Positions 13,923 to 28,299 are shown, numbered from the stretch's first letter. The stretch: DNA of 64,000 nucleotides from Camelus ferus (GCF_009834535.1 NC_045697.1:100628001-100692000), one strand, 5' to 3'. A program made the numbers and translations. Notes: generated by a model from the letters alone, not told the origin.

Positions 13923-14043
13923 AATCCATTCCTATGTATGGTCATGTGGCTCTTTAAAGCAATGTCCCATCATGTGTCACGCTGGTGATGTCACAGGAAG
14001 CAAAGAAGTCAATGGTAGCAATAGCCAGCCTACAGAAGGTCAT
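13923..14043 (+). other. IL15: IL15 5'UTR exon (homologue of human/mouse exon 2), 121 nt
   Basis: Pyrimidine tract plus acceptor (ttacctttgactcctacag|AATCCATTCC) and donor (AAGGTCAT|gtaagt). The sequence closely resembles the IL15 leader as I recall it (AATCCATTCC..ATGTGGCTCTTT..GCAATGT..TAGCCAGCC). Contains 7 ATGs. Confidence 0.88.
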
Positions 14044-14258
14044 GTAAGTAAGGTTTTAAGAATTACATCATGCAGTATAGACCCGTTTATGTAATAATGT
14101 AACTAATAATAATGAATACGTGGAATCCACGTTATAACATCATATATATATATACACCCGGAAGTTTTTAAGAAATGAGCATCTTAGTTGAAAAAGAAAA
14201 TGCCATTTGTCACAGAATGTTGAAAGAATTTTCTAAGGACAGAGAGCATTGCACATAA

Positions 14259-14474
14259 CAGAGGTGGGTAAATTTTCTTCTGAAAAGAGCCAGATAGTAA
14301 ATATTTGATTCTTTGCCAGCCAAACGATTTCTGTCACAACTGCTCAGCTCTACTGTTGTTGGTGGAAAACAGCTGTAGGACATGGGTAGGCGTGGCTTTG
14401 GCCTGACAGAACTTCATTTACAAAAACAAGTGGCAGGTGAAGTTTGGTCTGTGGGTCATAGTTTGGCAACCCTG
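14259..14474. mobile_element. MER58A-like hAT-Charlie MITE
   Basis: gccagatagtaaatattt..acaactgctcagctct..tagtttggcaaccctg terminus. Confidence 0.75.
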
Positions 14475-16999
14475 GGTATATAAGGTGAAGAAATTCTGCA
14501 TCTCACTTTCTACTATATTGCTAAGTTAATTTTAAAGAAACTGGGGTGGTTGAGGTTGATTAATAAATGTAATGCAACTATCAAATTGCTGAATGATTTA
14601 ACTAATGTGAGGAAATTAGAGAATAATGTAGATTAAAGTGTTTAAATGACTACTTGAAACTGTGGAAAATGTTTGCGAATAATGTAAAATTAAATACAAT
14701 CTCAAAAAGTAAACAAGCTAAAGCCACAGAAATTGAAATCCAAGGAACTGGCTTCTTCTTGATAAAGTGAACACACACTTAATTTTTACTTTCAGTTATA
14801 ATCTTTAGGTCATTAGAAAAAATTTCTGTACCATGTGTATAGAACAAGAGAAGCAGTGGAGTGAATATAGGAGTTTATGAAAAGTGAAACTTTTTTACAA
14901 AAGTCCTAAGAGGAAAAAAAAGTAATTCCTTTCTTGTGCAATCATTTCTGGCCTCAGAAAATAATAAAATAAATGTAAATTGAAAGAAAAAGTATGAAGA
15001 AAATGTTGCTCATAATTACCTGCAAAGGAAAATGTATCCTCCAACTTCATGTGCTTCCTTGAAACTCCTCTGTTTCCTAGATTTTTTTTTTTTTAAGAAT
15101 TCAGTAAACTCAAGAAACAACTTACTGACAGTCTTAGGGTTAAACATGTTTTGTGTGTTGCTATCATTGAGGCTCAAAGAAGAAGACGTTGGGCAGTTTG
15201 GATGTTGAGGGACAGAACTTGGACCATTTTTATAGTAGCAACATAGCTCTGAATTGTCTTGTCACTGTTTATGAAGAGGAATAAACAGACGATTTCTAAA
15301 AATTCCATTATGAGCAATTCCAGGGCAAAAACCAGGGGAATTTTCTTTCAATAAAATCATACTTGAAATATGCAAGAAATTAAACAGGACTCTCCCATCA
15401 GTTGTTTTGAAGTCATAAGGAAAGTGCTTTCTGTTTTGAAATTCTTGATGGCAAGATTTTCAGCTACAGCTTCCTTCCTTTGTAACTTAAAAGCAGAGGC
15501 ATTTAGATGTGGTGGTTTTGTGGAGGCCTGTGAAAGCTACTCTTATCTGATGTGAAGGAGGGTCTCAAGATTTCAGCTGTATTTCTCATTACCTTTCTGA
15601 TTATCGAAGTAACGTGTTCACTCTAGTAAGAGTGAAAACTACAGAAAAGTGTAAAGTGGGGGGAAATGTCACCAATAGTGTAATAACTAAGAGACAGCTT
15701 ATTACATGATTCTTTCCAGGGTTACTTTTTCTGTATAGCTGACGTAAAAATACTGAAAATCTGCCTTGTACTTTTGTTTATTTAACAGCAAACTGTGACA
15801 TTTCCCTGTGACATACTATTTTTAATGTGTATGTAGTACTCCAACTTAAAAATGTATCACAACCATTATAATATTTTAAATTTGTGGTTATTAAAATAAT
15901 ACTTCAGTAAATATATTTTTGAACAAATCTCTGACCAGATTGCTGAAAATTTTATTAGGAAAGTTTTCTAGGAGGGAATTAAGATATTTAAAGTTATAAA
16001 TATTTTAATGGTGCTGAAGACATATTCCAGAAATTATGTACATGTTTACACCCTCGTCATCCCTTTGTGAGTCTTGGTGACGTTGTACCCTAGTAAGTGC
16101 CGACATTTAACAATTTTAAAACAATCCTTTCTGGTTCCACAATGAATGGGGCAGTGGATTGTGCCAAATGGAATTCTCTTGGAAATCACATAGGATTGTG
16201 GAAAGACCCACAAACTAAGTCTATAGCAAGACTCAGAGACAATGACAAGCCATAAAATTCAGAACATGTGTAAAGTGTTGGTAAAAGCAACTGAAGCCAG
16301 TAGAATTTGCACGGGAAGTTCCACTGGAGTGACAGAGGAATGTGGGAGTATGAGGGGGCCTAGTGATGACAGCTGTCAAGTCACCAGCAGATAATATTCC
16401 ACCAAGGAAAAAGCCCTTTTCTGACTGGAAGCTGAGCTTGAACATGGAGTCACTGCTGGGAGACGTGGAGAAAGATTCTTCGTCCACGTGGGTGGTGGAC
16501 TGCAACACGCACATCTCTCCAAAAGGAGGGAAACGCGTTGGTAGGAGGGGTCTGTGTCCCTTAGTGGTAGCTTCTGGTGACAAAGCTGGAGGAGGTCAGA
16601 ACTGGTGCGGAAGCTCTGACGGACTCCACAAGGTGCATCCTGCCAGGTTGGGCTGTGCACCTGCCCGCCTCATGGGTTTCCTGCCTGGACTTTCCTCCTG
16701 CCGTGGAAATGTGGGCAAGTTAACAGGCTGCCTGGCTAATCTCTGACCGGTGGGATGCAGGAGTTAGTAACACATTCCTGTGCCTCTCTCTGCCTGGGCG
16801 TGACTGCAGCAGCTGCATTTTCGGTAGCTCTGCGCACTGAGAAATGGCCAGCCCTGCAGCACTTCCTTCCCTGGCTTCATCTCTTTTCCTGCTGCTTTCC
16901 CATTTCTACTTTCTCCCGCTTTCCTGGAATTGCACTCTTTACTGGCATACTTTTTCTGTGCCTTGTGATGGTGTCATATCCTTATTGTTTGCCTGAATT

Positions 17000-19900
17000 C
17001 CTTTGGGATTTCTTCTCTGATTCTTGAGTTATTTAAAAATATGCAGTGTTTATTTTTCAAACAATTGAGAATTCCTCATTAGTTTATTTGTTACTGACTT
17101 CACAACCAGAATTCTGTCAGATAACAAAAAACGAATCATTTCAGTCCTTTAAATTTTGTAATGACTTGTTTTAAGGTCATTACGTAGGTGAACCTATGGG
17201 CATCTTTGGCAATTATTCCAAAAGTAAAAAGGGTAAATTTTGCTCTTCTGGGGCAATGCACCCTACATGTCAGGTAGATCATGTGTGTTAATTGTTTTTT
17301 CCTGCTTTATCCTTGCTGAATTTTTCTTTTCCTGTTGCTCTATTACTTTTGAGAGAGAGATTTTAAAATCACCCACATGATGGTGAATTTGCCTCTTTCT
17401 TTTTTCTCTGGTTCTATTGATTTTGCTTTATAAACTTTAAAGCTATGACTTTAGGAGGCTGCATTTTGTTTTTTATCGTGATATCCCCCTGGTGAATTGA
17501 CCTTTTTTTGTGAATGAAATGCCCCCGTATCTTTCTAATAAGTGACTTGTCTTCAATTATGCTTTTTCCAATAATAGTATATCTACCCCAGCATACTTCA
17601 TTTAGTGTTTGCAATGATATATATTTTCCCTTCCTTTTGCTTTCAGCCTGCCTTTGTCCTTATGTTTCAGATGTGCCTCCTGTAACATGTAGCTGTGTTT
17701 TTACATTTTTGTTTTTAATTTAACCTGACAACCTTAGTGTTTTACAGAGAACATGTAGTCCATTTTCATTTAGTATAATTACTGATATAGTTGTGTTTCT
17801 ATTACCAACTACTATTTCTTTTTTCTATTTGACCCATCTCTTTATGTAGTTTTTTCTTCCTTTCTTGCCTTTGTTTGGATTAACCAACTTTTATTATCCT
17901 GTTTCCTCTACCAATTTAATTAACATTATTTTACTCTTTTATTTGATACCTTAACTATTATTATATCATGTATCTTTTAAAGTTGTTACTCTAGATATCA
18001 GTTGTTAAAGATATTACAATATGCATTCTATCTAATGATTTTTTTTAAAGAAGAGATTATTTCAGTGTGATTTAAACTTTTCCAGAGGAATACAAATTCA
18101 AATTATTATAATGAAGTGAGGCTATCATTGACACCTAAACTTGGTCAAAAGTTCACAAGAAAAAAACTATTCCCAGTTTCATTTATGGATATCAGCGAAA
18201 AACTTCAGAAAATTATTAGCAGCAGCTGATTAAAGGAGTGATATATCATGATGAAGTAGGGTTCATTCCAGGGATGACAGATTATGAACCGTATTAAAAT
18301 AATTCATCATAATAGTTGATCTAAGGGGAAAAATCATGTTAGCTTCTACTCATTTGACAAAATTCAACAGCCATTCTGGATTTTTTTTTTTTTAAAGAGA
18401 TAGCTCAGTAAAGAAATAGGTAAACATTTTATAACCATGACAAGCTGACAAACTATGTATGTGTTCACACATCTATATACACTAACTCAGCCCAGAGACA
18501 GCATCATAAATAATGGCAAAATGCTAGAAGCCCTTCTGCTATTTCTGCTCAAAAGTACAAACAGGGTAAGTGTGTCTGTCTCTCACCCCTGGTAGTGACG
18601 TTGTATTAGAATTCTTAGATAATAAAGCCAGACAAGAGAAAGAAATTGGCAGTGTAAAATATAGAAAGGTGGAAGTAAAACTGTTATTTGTAGAAGACAT
18701 AACACTTAGAAGACCCAAAAGAATCTAACTGAAAAATTTCTACTACTCAATTCCAGCATCTTAAAAAAAAAGATAAATCTGACTTATTAAAAAAAAAAAT
18801 CTTTTGGTTGGCAAAAACCAAACCAAAACAAAACAAAACAAAAACTCTGGGGAAATTCTAAAGAATGATAAACTGGGAAAAAATATTTTCCTCTCAGATC
18901 ACCAGGAGTTTTCTTTCTAAATGTATTTTTAGAAGTTATGAGTGTGGGGAGGTCCCAAGCAGTAGAACAGTGGGCAAAGGTGAATAAACAGTTTGCATGA
19001 GAAAATACAAATTGTATTTGGATTCACGAAAATAATTCAGCCTTGTGTAAAATGCTAGTTGTTGTTTAATTTTATTTAAGGAATATGAGAATATAAGCAT
19101 ATATTTCTAAATCTGCTTGCATTTCATAAGGAAACTTTCAAGCATCCACGAGAACTAACTAAGAATGGTTGTCGAAATCAAGAGAAGCCAGTGGAGGGAA
19201 AATAGGGTGTTTCACAGGGACAGGAATCAGGGCGCAGTTTCTAAGTGAATACCTTTTCCCTTGTTCTGTTTTCAACCATGAAAATACATTACCTTTACAA
19301 AAAAATATAATAAAATGTAATTTTTAAATTTTGTGTTTCAGCTGTACATTATAACTTGACATCTGCATGCATAGTTATCACCCCCATAAGTCAATAAAAT
19401 GTAATTCCTTCCCAGATTTGAAAAGCGAGGAATTGCATTTCATTTTATTTTGCTTTCTTGATGACTGTAGATATTGGATTCCTTAAGGTGTTCATTTATT
19501 GCTTGTATTTTCACTGAACTATCTGTTCAAGTTATTTTATATTTAGAGATACTTTTGTTTTTCTTACCTTATTTTATAATCCTTTAAAATACAAAGAACC
19601 AGTACATTTTAACACATTTATTTTCCTTTTTTTACTCTGTTCATTCTATCATTTTGTTTATTATACAGTGATTTATAAAACTTACTAATTTTTATTTTTC
19701 TCAAGTCTGTCAACTTTATTTTGTTGATTTGTTAAGATTGCTTTAAAACTTATCCAGAAATCAGATTCTTACATATATTTTTTTCAGATGTAGTTTTTCA
19801 CAGCTGGAATTAGTCATATGGTTAGATGAGAGTATAATTTTTCTCCTAAATTGCTAACCAATGACTTCATAGAACCTTTATTAAATAATAACTCTTCCCA

Positions 19901-20760
19901 TGCCTGCTACTTTAAGGTTTAGTGTTATGATATTTCATTATCTATCAGTACTTCTGCGACAAACTTATTTTGATCTCGTGGTAAATTTTAACACCCACTA
20001 GGTCTAGTTCCTCTTTATTATTTTTCTATTTCAAAATCATTCTCACTATTTTCACCAGTGGATTTCCCCCGATGAACTGATTGTCAATTTCACTTCCAAT
20101 TTCATTTCTTATGAAATAATTTAGAAAAATGATATTTCTGAAATACATAGTGTTTCCATCCAGGAATAAAGTATACTTCTCAAATTATCTGTCTTTTTTG
20201 CTTTTTAATTTAGTTTTATTGATTTTCATATAGTTCTAGTATATTCCTTTTCATATTTATTCCTAAGTGTTGTATAAATTTGTCGCCAATGTGAATTAGA
20301 TAATTTCATCTACATATTGCTAAGATATACAATGATGCATATGAAAATTATTGGCTATTCAATTTTTATTTATCATTTGTGTTGTTCCAAATCATCTCAC
20401 AGAACTTGCCATTTTAGTTATTATGATATCTCAGGTTCTTTGCTTAGTGTTGTTAATTAAATAATTGCAGAATTTACAAGTAATGTTCTTATTCTTTTGC
20501 ATAGTTATAACCACAGTTTGTTATTTTTCTGCTTTATTTTGTTGATCAGAAATTCCAGGAAAGTGCCAAAGAATAACCACCAGGGTATCTTATTCTTATC
20601 CCTGAATAAAGTGGTGATACCGAGAATGGTTTGCTAGTAGGTTTGAAGTTGGTATTAGTTTAAAGAAGATTTGATTAAATTAAGAAATTATTCTATTCCT
20701 TTTACTAAGAATTTCTTACTTTTTTTTTTTTTAAAGCATGGGTGCTGAATTTTGTCCAGT
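17000..20760. mobile_element. Cluster of old L1 (L1M/L1ME-like) fragments
   Basis: Degenerate ORF2 pieces (gaagtagggttcattccagggatg; catttgacaaaattcaaca; agccagacaagagaaagaaat) with antisense T-rich L1-like tracts on either side. Confidence 0.65.
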
Positions 20761-22459
20761 CCATTGTTAGGGAGCTACTGGTGCAGAGACTGGGATGATT
20801 GGAATCTGAAGCCCAGCTCTACCACATGGTAGTGTTGTATCAGACCTCAAGCTAGCTGCTGATGCTCCCAGTTTGGAGACAGCATTCCTGTCTTCCTCCC
20901 GGCACATGAGCTGGAGTCTTTAACGTGTTGTACACAGCCTTGGACTGCAGCTGGCGCTCCCTAAGCAACGTCTACAGTTGTTGTCATCTATTAAGATGAT
21001 GGTGTGATTTTTCTATGGGACAACCTAAGATGAGAGATTCTAGCAAAGCAAGTCTGACTAGAATTTCAAATAGCAGGGGCTCACCTTATTAAGACCACAT
21101 ATCTGTCTACCCTGTGCTTGAGCATCTATGGTTTAATTTACACACTATTTTTTCACCCTCAGTATGCCACTCACCTCTGAAAAAAAAAATGTATGTGCTT
21201 CATCCAGTCAGCAGGATTTAGACACAAGTTTGTCTTCTGCTTTTCAAGGCTCTTTTTTCAGGAAGGAAGGGTGGAGTTGAGTTAAATACTAATTTTGAAA
21301 ATCGTTTGTTTTTTTTAGTTCTCAAAGTGGGTGATAACGTGGAGTGTGTTTATTTTTGTCTTGGTAACCTAATATGCATGATACTCAGGAAGCTGTCAAA
21401 ACACTCTGATTGGTTAGTCACATGCACATATATACCAAGGGCTAGTCATGTTGCGTATAAGCATGACCCTCACTACCTCATCCACCATCAGTAAGCTAGT
21501 TATTTAATCCTTTCTCTTATCTTAATTTTAATTTTCTGATATCATAGGTTATTTTAATATTCTGTGGAAACCTAACCTGATATTGTTAATATTTTTCATG
21601 GGACAACTCTCACTGTTAATAAAGCTCACTTCATATAACTGTAATTTGTTCATTTAAAAAGTATACAGGAAGGGTGTATCCCTTTTATTAATATATAGTA
21701 TATAATTGCAGGTAAACCACTTTGTGATATTATTAAAACTTGTTAAATGATTGATTTTGTGACAGAGATAATGCTTAGTGCTACACATGCTAGAAAATAT
21801 AGGCACATCCTTGTTAAGATGTGTTTTCTTTATAAAGGAGGGCTTTTTGAAAGACAGGTACTGCAGATCCTCTGAACCTCAGTCTGCCTATCTAGGTCAC
21901 ACCTTTAAGCCATCTCTGCTGTGCTGGGGTCACCTTCCTGTATGCCACCTCACCACTGCCTCTCCCTTGCAAGTCTCTGTCTTTCTCCTTAGTTGTCATC
22001 TGTGTTCTTTTGTGGGTTCTGGCAAAAACTTCTGGATTCCTTCTAGGGAGGAAGCTTGGGTGTGTTAACTCAGTCCTTCTCTCTGCCTAATGAGTCCTCA
22101 CCTTTGCTTTTCTATCACATTTAGCTGCCCTTCTTCTTGGTGTCCATCAGGGATTCCCAAGTAGGGGGCAGGACCAAGCCCTGCCACCAAATGCACACTC
22201 AACCCACTCCACCAAGGTACCAGCCCCTCGGTGGAGGCTTTATCATGCACCCTTCTGGCTGAAACATCTACTTGCCTCCCACTTTCTGATCCTGAGGGCA
22301 ACCTGTTGTCTACTCTTCATTGACAGGTAGTGTGTTCACTCTCTACTGTAGAATTAGCTCTGTTCAGGCCAACTTTCATTTTCAAGGTAGGAGCCTCAGG
22401 ATAGCCAGGCAGTAGGCATTTTCCAAACAGGAAGTGACACTGGTTTAATTCTGAGAGGA

Positions 22460-22710
22460 GTGTATTACAATGGTAAAAACATGGAAGGAAGCCAGGCTGC
22501 CTGTTTCCTGCCCTGGTGCTGCCACTCACTAGTTGTGTGACTTTGGGCAAGAAATCTCTGTTCCTCAGATTCCTCATCTTTAGAATGATGATACACTAAC
22601 TTCCTTATAAAGTCAATGAAACAATAAATTAGTTAATAATATGTAAGTAACTTAGAACAGTAACTAGTAATCAGTACTTAATATTTGTTAGCAATTACTC
22701 TTTTCCCATT
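22460..22710 (+). mobile_element. MIR SINE
   Basis: gccactcactagttgtgtgactttgggcaag..cctcagattcctcatct..cttagaacagt. Confidence 0.8.
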
Positions 22711-23332
22711 ATTATCAGTAATCGTAAAAAAAAGTCAGCCTTCTTTTATATATTTGAAAATGTAGAACATAAGTAAAATAAAGTGATGGCCTGACTGACG
22801 GGAGATGAGTAACTTCCTACTGGCAAACATTTACATGGAAAATAAAGTTGGAACCAGAAACTGATACATTGTAACCAACTGTACTTTAATTAAAAAAATA
22901 ATAAAATTCGAAATGCAGGTACCTGATTAAGTAGGACTTTGAAAATGCCATATAATTTCAACAAACAACAGTGAGAATAGGAGGCCTTGATAAAATTTGA
23001 GTAATGGTATAAAGAGAGTAAAGTTGTTGTTTAAATTAACCCATTAGAACACAGACAGTAGAATCAAAGAGTGAAATAGAGATAGTGATCACTAGAATTC
23101 AGCCTTAAGGTGATGTAAGCCTCGATTCAGTTGTTGCAAACAGCACTGGTGACAGAGAAAAGCACAGAAATGGTTATCAGGGGTCAGAGAGAGACTCTGG
23201 CAAAGGGTGTTTCTAAGCTAAGGGTCATGGTTTAATTATGGCTGATTTTAAGAGAAATGGAGAATTTAAGAAGAGGGTATTGTCTTCACAGAAAAACTGA
23301 AAATTAATTTTAGATTAATTAAGTTTGAGATA

Positions 23333-23770
23333 AACGCCATTTGCAGCAACATGGATGCTCCTGGAGAATGTCATTCTAAGTGAAGTAAGCCAGCTGGGAG
23401 AAAGAAAAATACCATATGAGATCGCTCATATGTGGAATCAACTGAAAAAAAAAAACCCAAAAAAATAAAAACAAAGCATAAATGCAAAACAGAAATAGAC
23501 TCACAGACATTGAATACAAACTTGTGGTTGCCAAGGGGGCGGGGGGTGGGAAGAGAGACTGGGATTTCAAAATTGTAGAATAGATAAACAAGATTATACT
23601 GTATAACACAGGGAAATATATACAAGATCTTATGGTAGCTCACAGAGAAAAAAATGTGACAATGAATATATATATGTTCATGTATAACTGAAAAATTGTG
23701 CTCTACACTGGAATTTGACACAACATTGTAAAAGGATTATAACTCAGTAAAAAATGTTAAAAAAAAAAAA
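23333..23770 (+). mobile_element. Young 5'-truncated L1 (camelid-like L1 3' end) with poly(A) and TSD
   Basis: gccatttgcagcaacatggatg..ctaagtgaagtaagccag (end of ORF2), 3'UTR and A-tail; TSD AAGT(T/C)TGAGATA at 23321-32 and 23771-82. Confidence 0.9.
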
Positions 23771-24565
23771 AAGTCTGAGATAGTGACAGGCTATTCATGA
23801 ACTATAGAAATAATCCCTGAAAGTATAGTCTTAGTGACAGGCTATTCAGGTAGGGATTGGCAAATTTTTTTATGTAATGGGCTGAACAGTAAATATTTTA
23901 GTCTTTGTGGTATAAATATGATCTCTCTTACATAATCTTTTAAAAATTTCTTCTTTTACTATTTTTAAATTTTTTTAAGTAAAAATGTAGAACAAAAACA
24001 ATCTGCCACCTGATTGGCCCCTTTAAATCCATAGTTTACAAACTCCTGCTGTAGTTTATAAGAACAGAGCCGTAGCAGGTAGTAGGGCTGGAGATCTAGA
24101 TTTCTTAATCTCAGCATATAAATATTTTGAAAAGTCATTACTGAGTATGGAATACTATATGCAGTATTCTAATTAGAGTCTAATTTTCTTGTGAAAATAA
24201 AATTATATAAGTATTTAAGTTATAAGTTTTTTTCCCAGAAATAGATTTTATAAAAATTATGTCTTACTTCTTGTGAGCCCTGTAAAGTTACTTTCTAAGG
24301 ACTTCCATCAACTAAATACAAAAGTAAGTTCAATGAAATTAATACAGATAAGTTTTATAAATTATTGTTTAGAATTTAACATAGATAATATAGTTTCTGA
24401 AAATTCCTAATTCCATAATTCTGTGAAAATTAATGCAAAATAAAGTTTGACTTACTGGGTGTCACAGAGACAAAAAGTGCTACCTCTGGTTTATGAGAGC
24501 ATCGTGATAAATGACAGAACAAAACAGCACATAATGGTAGCCAACTGCACTTGGCGTCAAGAAAT

Positions 24566-24723
24566 ATATACAAAATGTTACGATAACTCACAGAGAAAAA
24601 AATGTGACAATGAGTGTGTATATATATGTCCATGAATAACTGAAAAATTGTGCTGAACACTGGAATTGGACACAACATTGTAAAATGATTATAAATCAAT
24701 AAAAAATGTTAAAAAAAAAAAGA
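24566..24723 (+). mobile_element. Short young L1 3' end, same family as 23333
   Basis: ctcacagagaaaaaaatgtgacaatga..taactgaaaaattgtgct..AATAAAaaatgtt(A)n; probable TSD AAGAAAT (24559-65 / 24724-30). Confidence 0.85.
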
Positions 24724-25789
24724 AAGAAATGGGGATTAGTTATGTGTTAACTATGGGATTTGAGGGTGTTGTATTCTTTTAAACCTGATCAAAATGAATG
24801 AATTCTAGAAAGAATTTAATAAAACATTTTGAGTTCTTTAATTCTTTTTACATAAACCAAAATCAATGGCACAATTTTAAGAAGCCTCTTAAACTAGCCA
24901 GAATTAATGAGTCCATTCATTTATGCCCTCAATTCAAGTAGATCACTAGAGAGTAATTATATTTGCCAGACAGAATTTTATTGATCTCGAGTTATCAAAG
25001 GCATTTTGCTTTTTACAACAGATTTTGAGAGAGATTCAGTCTTTTCCCATTAAAACCAAGAAATTATTTGATTTGTCTTATTTAAGGTGATACCTTATTG
25101 CAGATAAACTTTTGACATCTACAAAGAGTATAATTTTCTTATAGATGCAGAGTCCAGATTACAGAAAGTGGTTTTAGATAAATTCAATATCATGTTCAAT
25201 TCAGGTACTAAGTTTTGAGAAAAACATTGATAAATTAGGTTTTACTTAGAAAAAGACAACCAGAAATATAAATTATCTAGGTACTAACTCAAGTGAAAAA
25301 TGGCAAAATCAACTAGCATGGAAAAGAAAGACCTTGGAGGGGCGTGGGGGTGGGCTACATGTATATCAGTTTTCTTAAGTAGCGGAAATAGCAGAGGAAG
25401 CAACAGGTTGATTCATCCATCCATTCATCCATCCATCCATCCAACCTTTTAAAAATAGCCTTTTTTATGTTAATCGTCTTGCATGTGCTTGAAACACAGG
25501 GATGAGTAAGATATCGCACACCTAAGGAAGCTCATATTAATGAAGATACAGTTTTGTGGCAAGGTTATGAGCCAGCTAGTCTAATCAGCCTTTGTTTTCT
25601 TCTCTCTAAGTCTAGATAATAATAAAAATAATTAACTAGCTCATAAGATTAGGGGGGAAATGAGGTTGTGAAAAATACTGCAAAGCGCTGTAGAAAGTTA
25701 GATGATTTCACATTATAGACTGAGGGATTTATTGACAAGAGATTACTAACTAATGTTTTCTAAATCTTGTGTTTTAAAAATTTACATAT

Positions 25790-26265
25790 GGTGATCAGTT
25801 ATCTATTGCTGGGTAACAAACCCCTCAAAATTTATTGACTTAAAGCCACAATGCTGTATTGTTTCTCATGATCCTGTTTGTTGACTGGTCAGTTTTTCTG
25901 CTGGTCTTGTCTTGGTTTAATCAAGATTCGTCATTCATGTGTCTGGGGCCTTGGGAGCTGGCTGTGGTCTGTGTTTTTCTCTCCATGTGGTTTTTTCATT
26001 TAGCAGTCTAGCTGGATTTTCTTTCGTGACAGCAGAAGCATTCAAAGATGGAGAAAACAGAGAGGCAAGGCTTCTTACCCCAAGCCTTGAAAGTTGTACT
26101 TTATTTTGACCACATCCTGTCAGTCACAGTAAATTATAGGACAGGGCCAACCCCAGTCAATGGGAGGGAGACTCCACCTCTTGCTAGGAGAAATGGTGAC
26201 ATCACATTGCACAAGGGCACCGGGATGGAAGGGACAAATTGTTGTGGTCATCTTTGCAACATGGT
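25790..26265 (-). mobile_element. MaLR LTR (old MLT1)
   Basis: atcagttatctattgctgggtaacaaacccctcaaaattt..ggccaaccc..gactccacctcttg..catctttgca. Confidence 0.65.
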
Positions 26266-27221
26266 AGGTTTTCGTTTCACGTTTGGTAAAATGTAAGTCT
26301 TTTTCTATATACAATGGCTGACAGTTGCATTTCTTTCTTGTATTTCAGTAATCATTTCTATTAAATAATAATATGAATTAAGATAAAGGAAATATTGCAG
26401 CATCTTCTAACTGATGTGTTATGAGTAAACGGATCTGTCTGTATCTAAGAGGAAAGTCTGCTAGTTTCAGAATTTTAAAGTCTCACTAGTTGATCATGAC
26501 ACTGTCTTCAGTGGTTTAGCAATAGAAATAAATTCTGCCTCTTACTAGCTTTCACTTTTGTTCTTTCATGACGAAACGATAAATATACTTTAATTCAGTT
26601 TTCTTTTTATCTCAATCCATAACCAAAGTTTAGAGAGAATAGATTGGGGAGAGGGAGTCATTTTGCTTTATTTTTTGTTTTAATCTAGTAGTTTCAATGT
26701 CATTTCTAAGTGGTTAGTCTCCTTATTTTTTAAATGACCTCGTGACAAAATATTTATTTTGTGGTGCTGATCTATCATTGCTGTTTTGTAGTCTCAGTGA
26801 CTTTATAATTTATATACACATCTTGAAGGTATGTATGATAAAACAGAAACAAATGTCTCCATTTTGCAAAAAACAAGGATTTCAGACATTTGGGAGTAGC
26901 AATAATCTTCCACTGAAAAATACTCACAGAGTATAGACTGAAGAGTAGACTTAGTGTATGAAAGCAGGAGAGCTTCTAACCATTCTGGTTTGGTGCTGCC
27001 TAATTAAAAAACAAACAAACCAACAAACAGAAAAAAGCAGTGGAAACAAAGTGAAAATAATCCAGCTTACAGACAATTCTATATGTTGATTATAGTCTCT
27101 AGCTATACGGAATGCTTTTCATTTTCTTGAAATGCAACGCAATTTTTTATCTTCTGGTCTTTAAATACTCTGCTGCTTTTGGATGGAATATTAGGCCCTG
27201 ATCTAACATGTAGTTTAAGCC

Positions 27222-27430
27222 AAGTGTTTCCTGACTGATTTTCTGTCTAGATAATCTATGCGTTGATACAAATGGGGTGTTAAAGTTCCCTACTGTTATT
27301 GCATTTCTCCCCTTTGGTATATTGACATTTGCTTTACATATTTAGGTACTCCTATGTTGGATGCATAAATATTTACAAACGTTGGATTGACCCCTTTGTC
27401 ATTATATAATGACCTTTCCTTAACTTCTGT
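27222..27430 (-). mobile_element. L1 ORF2 endonuclease-region fragment
   Basis: gattttctgtctagataatct..ggggtgttaaagttccctact..gacccctttgtcattatataatgacct. Confidence 0.7.
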
Positions 27431-28299
27431 CCATGTATCTCATATATATAAAACATCTTGCTGTAATCTTGACAGCAATCTCATAGATCCACTCTTTTTA
27501 ATTTTATTATATGGTTTGTCCTCTCTCAAAACAAACACTCTGGTTTCCTATCCCATTTCTAATATTCTAACGTAATTAACTTTCTGCCCTTCTCTCTCAA
27601 CCTACATTTCTGCTTTCATAACCAAGCTTTGTTTGGACCAGTGGAAGAATGTAAGCAAACTGAACATTCACAGAGCACTTAAACTTTTCTGTTTGAGTCC
27701 TAAATTTTAGAGAGCATTGATAAAATTGATATTAGATTTGTACAGGTTTCAGGTAATTCTTCAGCTGTCCTTTATTGTAATAGAGAACCACAACTTAGAG
27801 CACTTACGATTTTTATTTATTAGTATCCTAATCCTTTTTAAGGCTATCTAGTTTGTTTTTTTTTAAGCATTATTTTTTTTATGCTCAAATGAAATGTAGC
27901 ATATATAGGATGAAAATGCAAATTAACCAGACTGATTTTCGCATGTACTTTGTGAATCATCTGATTATTTTATTGTGCTATCTCATATGAAACTTCATTT
28001 TAATTTCACAAACCTGGAAGTCTGTCCAAGGTATGAGGGAATCCAGGAGGAAGTAACATCCAAACAGTTTTGCAGAGGATTTCAGAAAGGTTGACTTACA
28101 AAATGTGTCAGATATCTTTGAAATTTTATAAAGTGATGTATTTAAAAGTACAGTAATTGCATCTTAAATTTTTACTGCATGCTAAATATTGTGGCTAGAC
28201 ACATTGCATGCATCGTCTCATTACTCCTCATTACAACTAGTTATGATTTACTTTATTATCTCTGTTTTTTACAGGCTTTGGAAGTTAAATAAATTGCCC

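Noticed and set aside
16233..17027. Cluster of 90-127 aa ORFs in a GC-richer patch
   Set aside because: No recognisable domain or splice structure; probably an old LTR-like remnant that I could not assign.
23371..23721. Similar ORFs MSNSSVEHNFSV.. here and at 46507-46836, suggesting paralogous genes
   Set aside because: Antisense translations of the same young L1 3'UTR.
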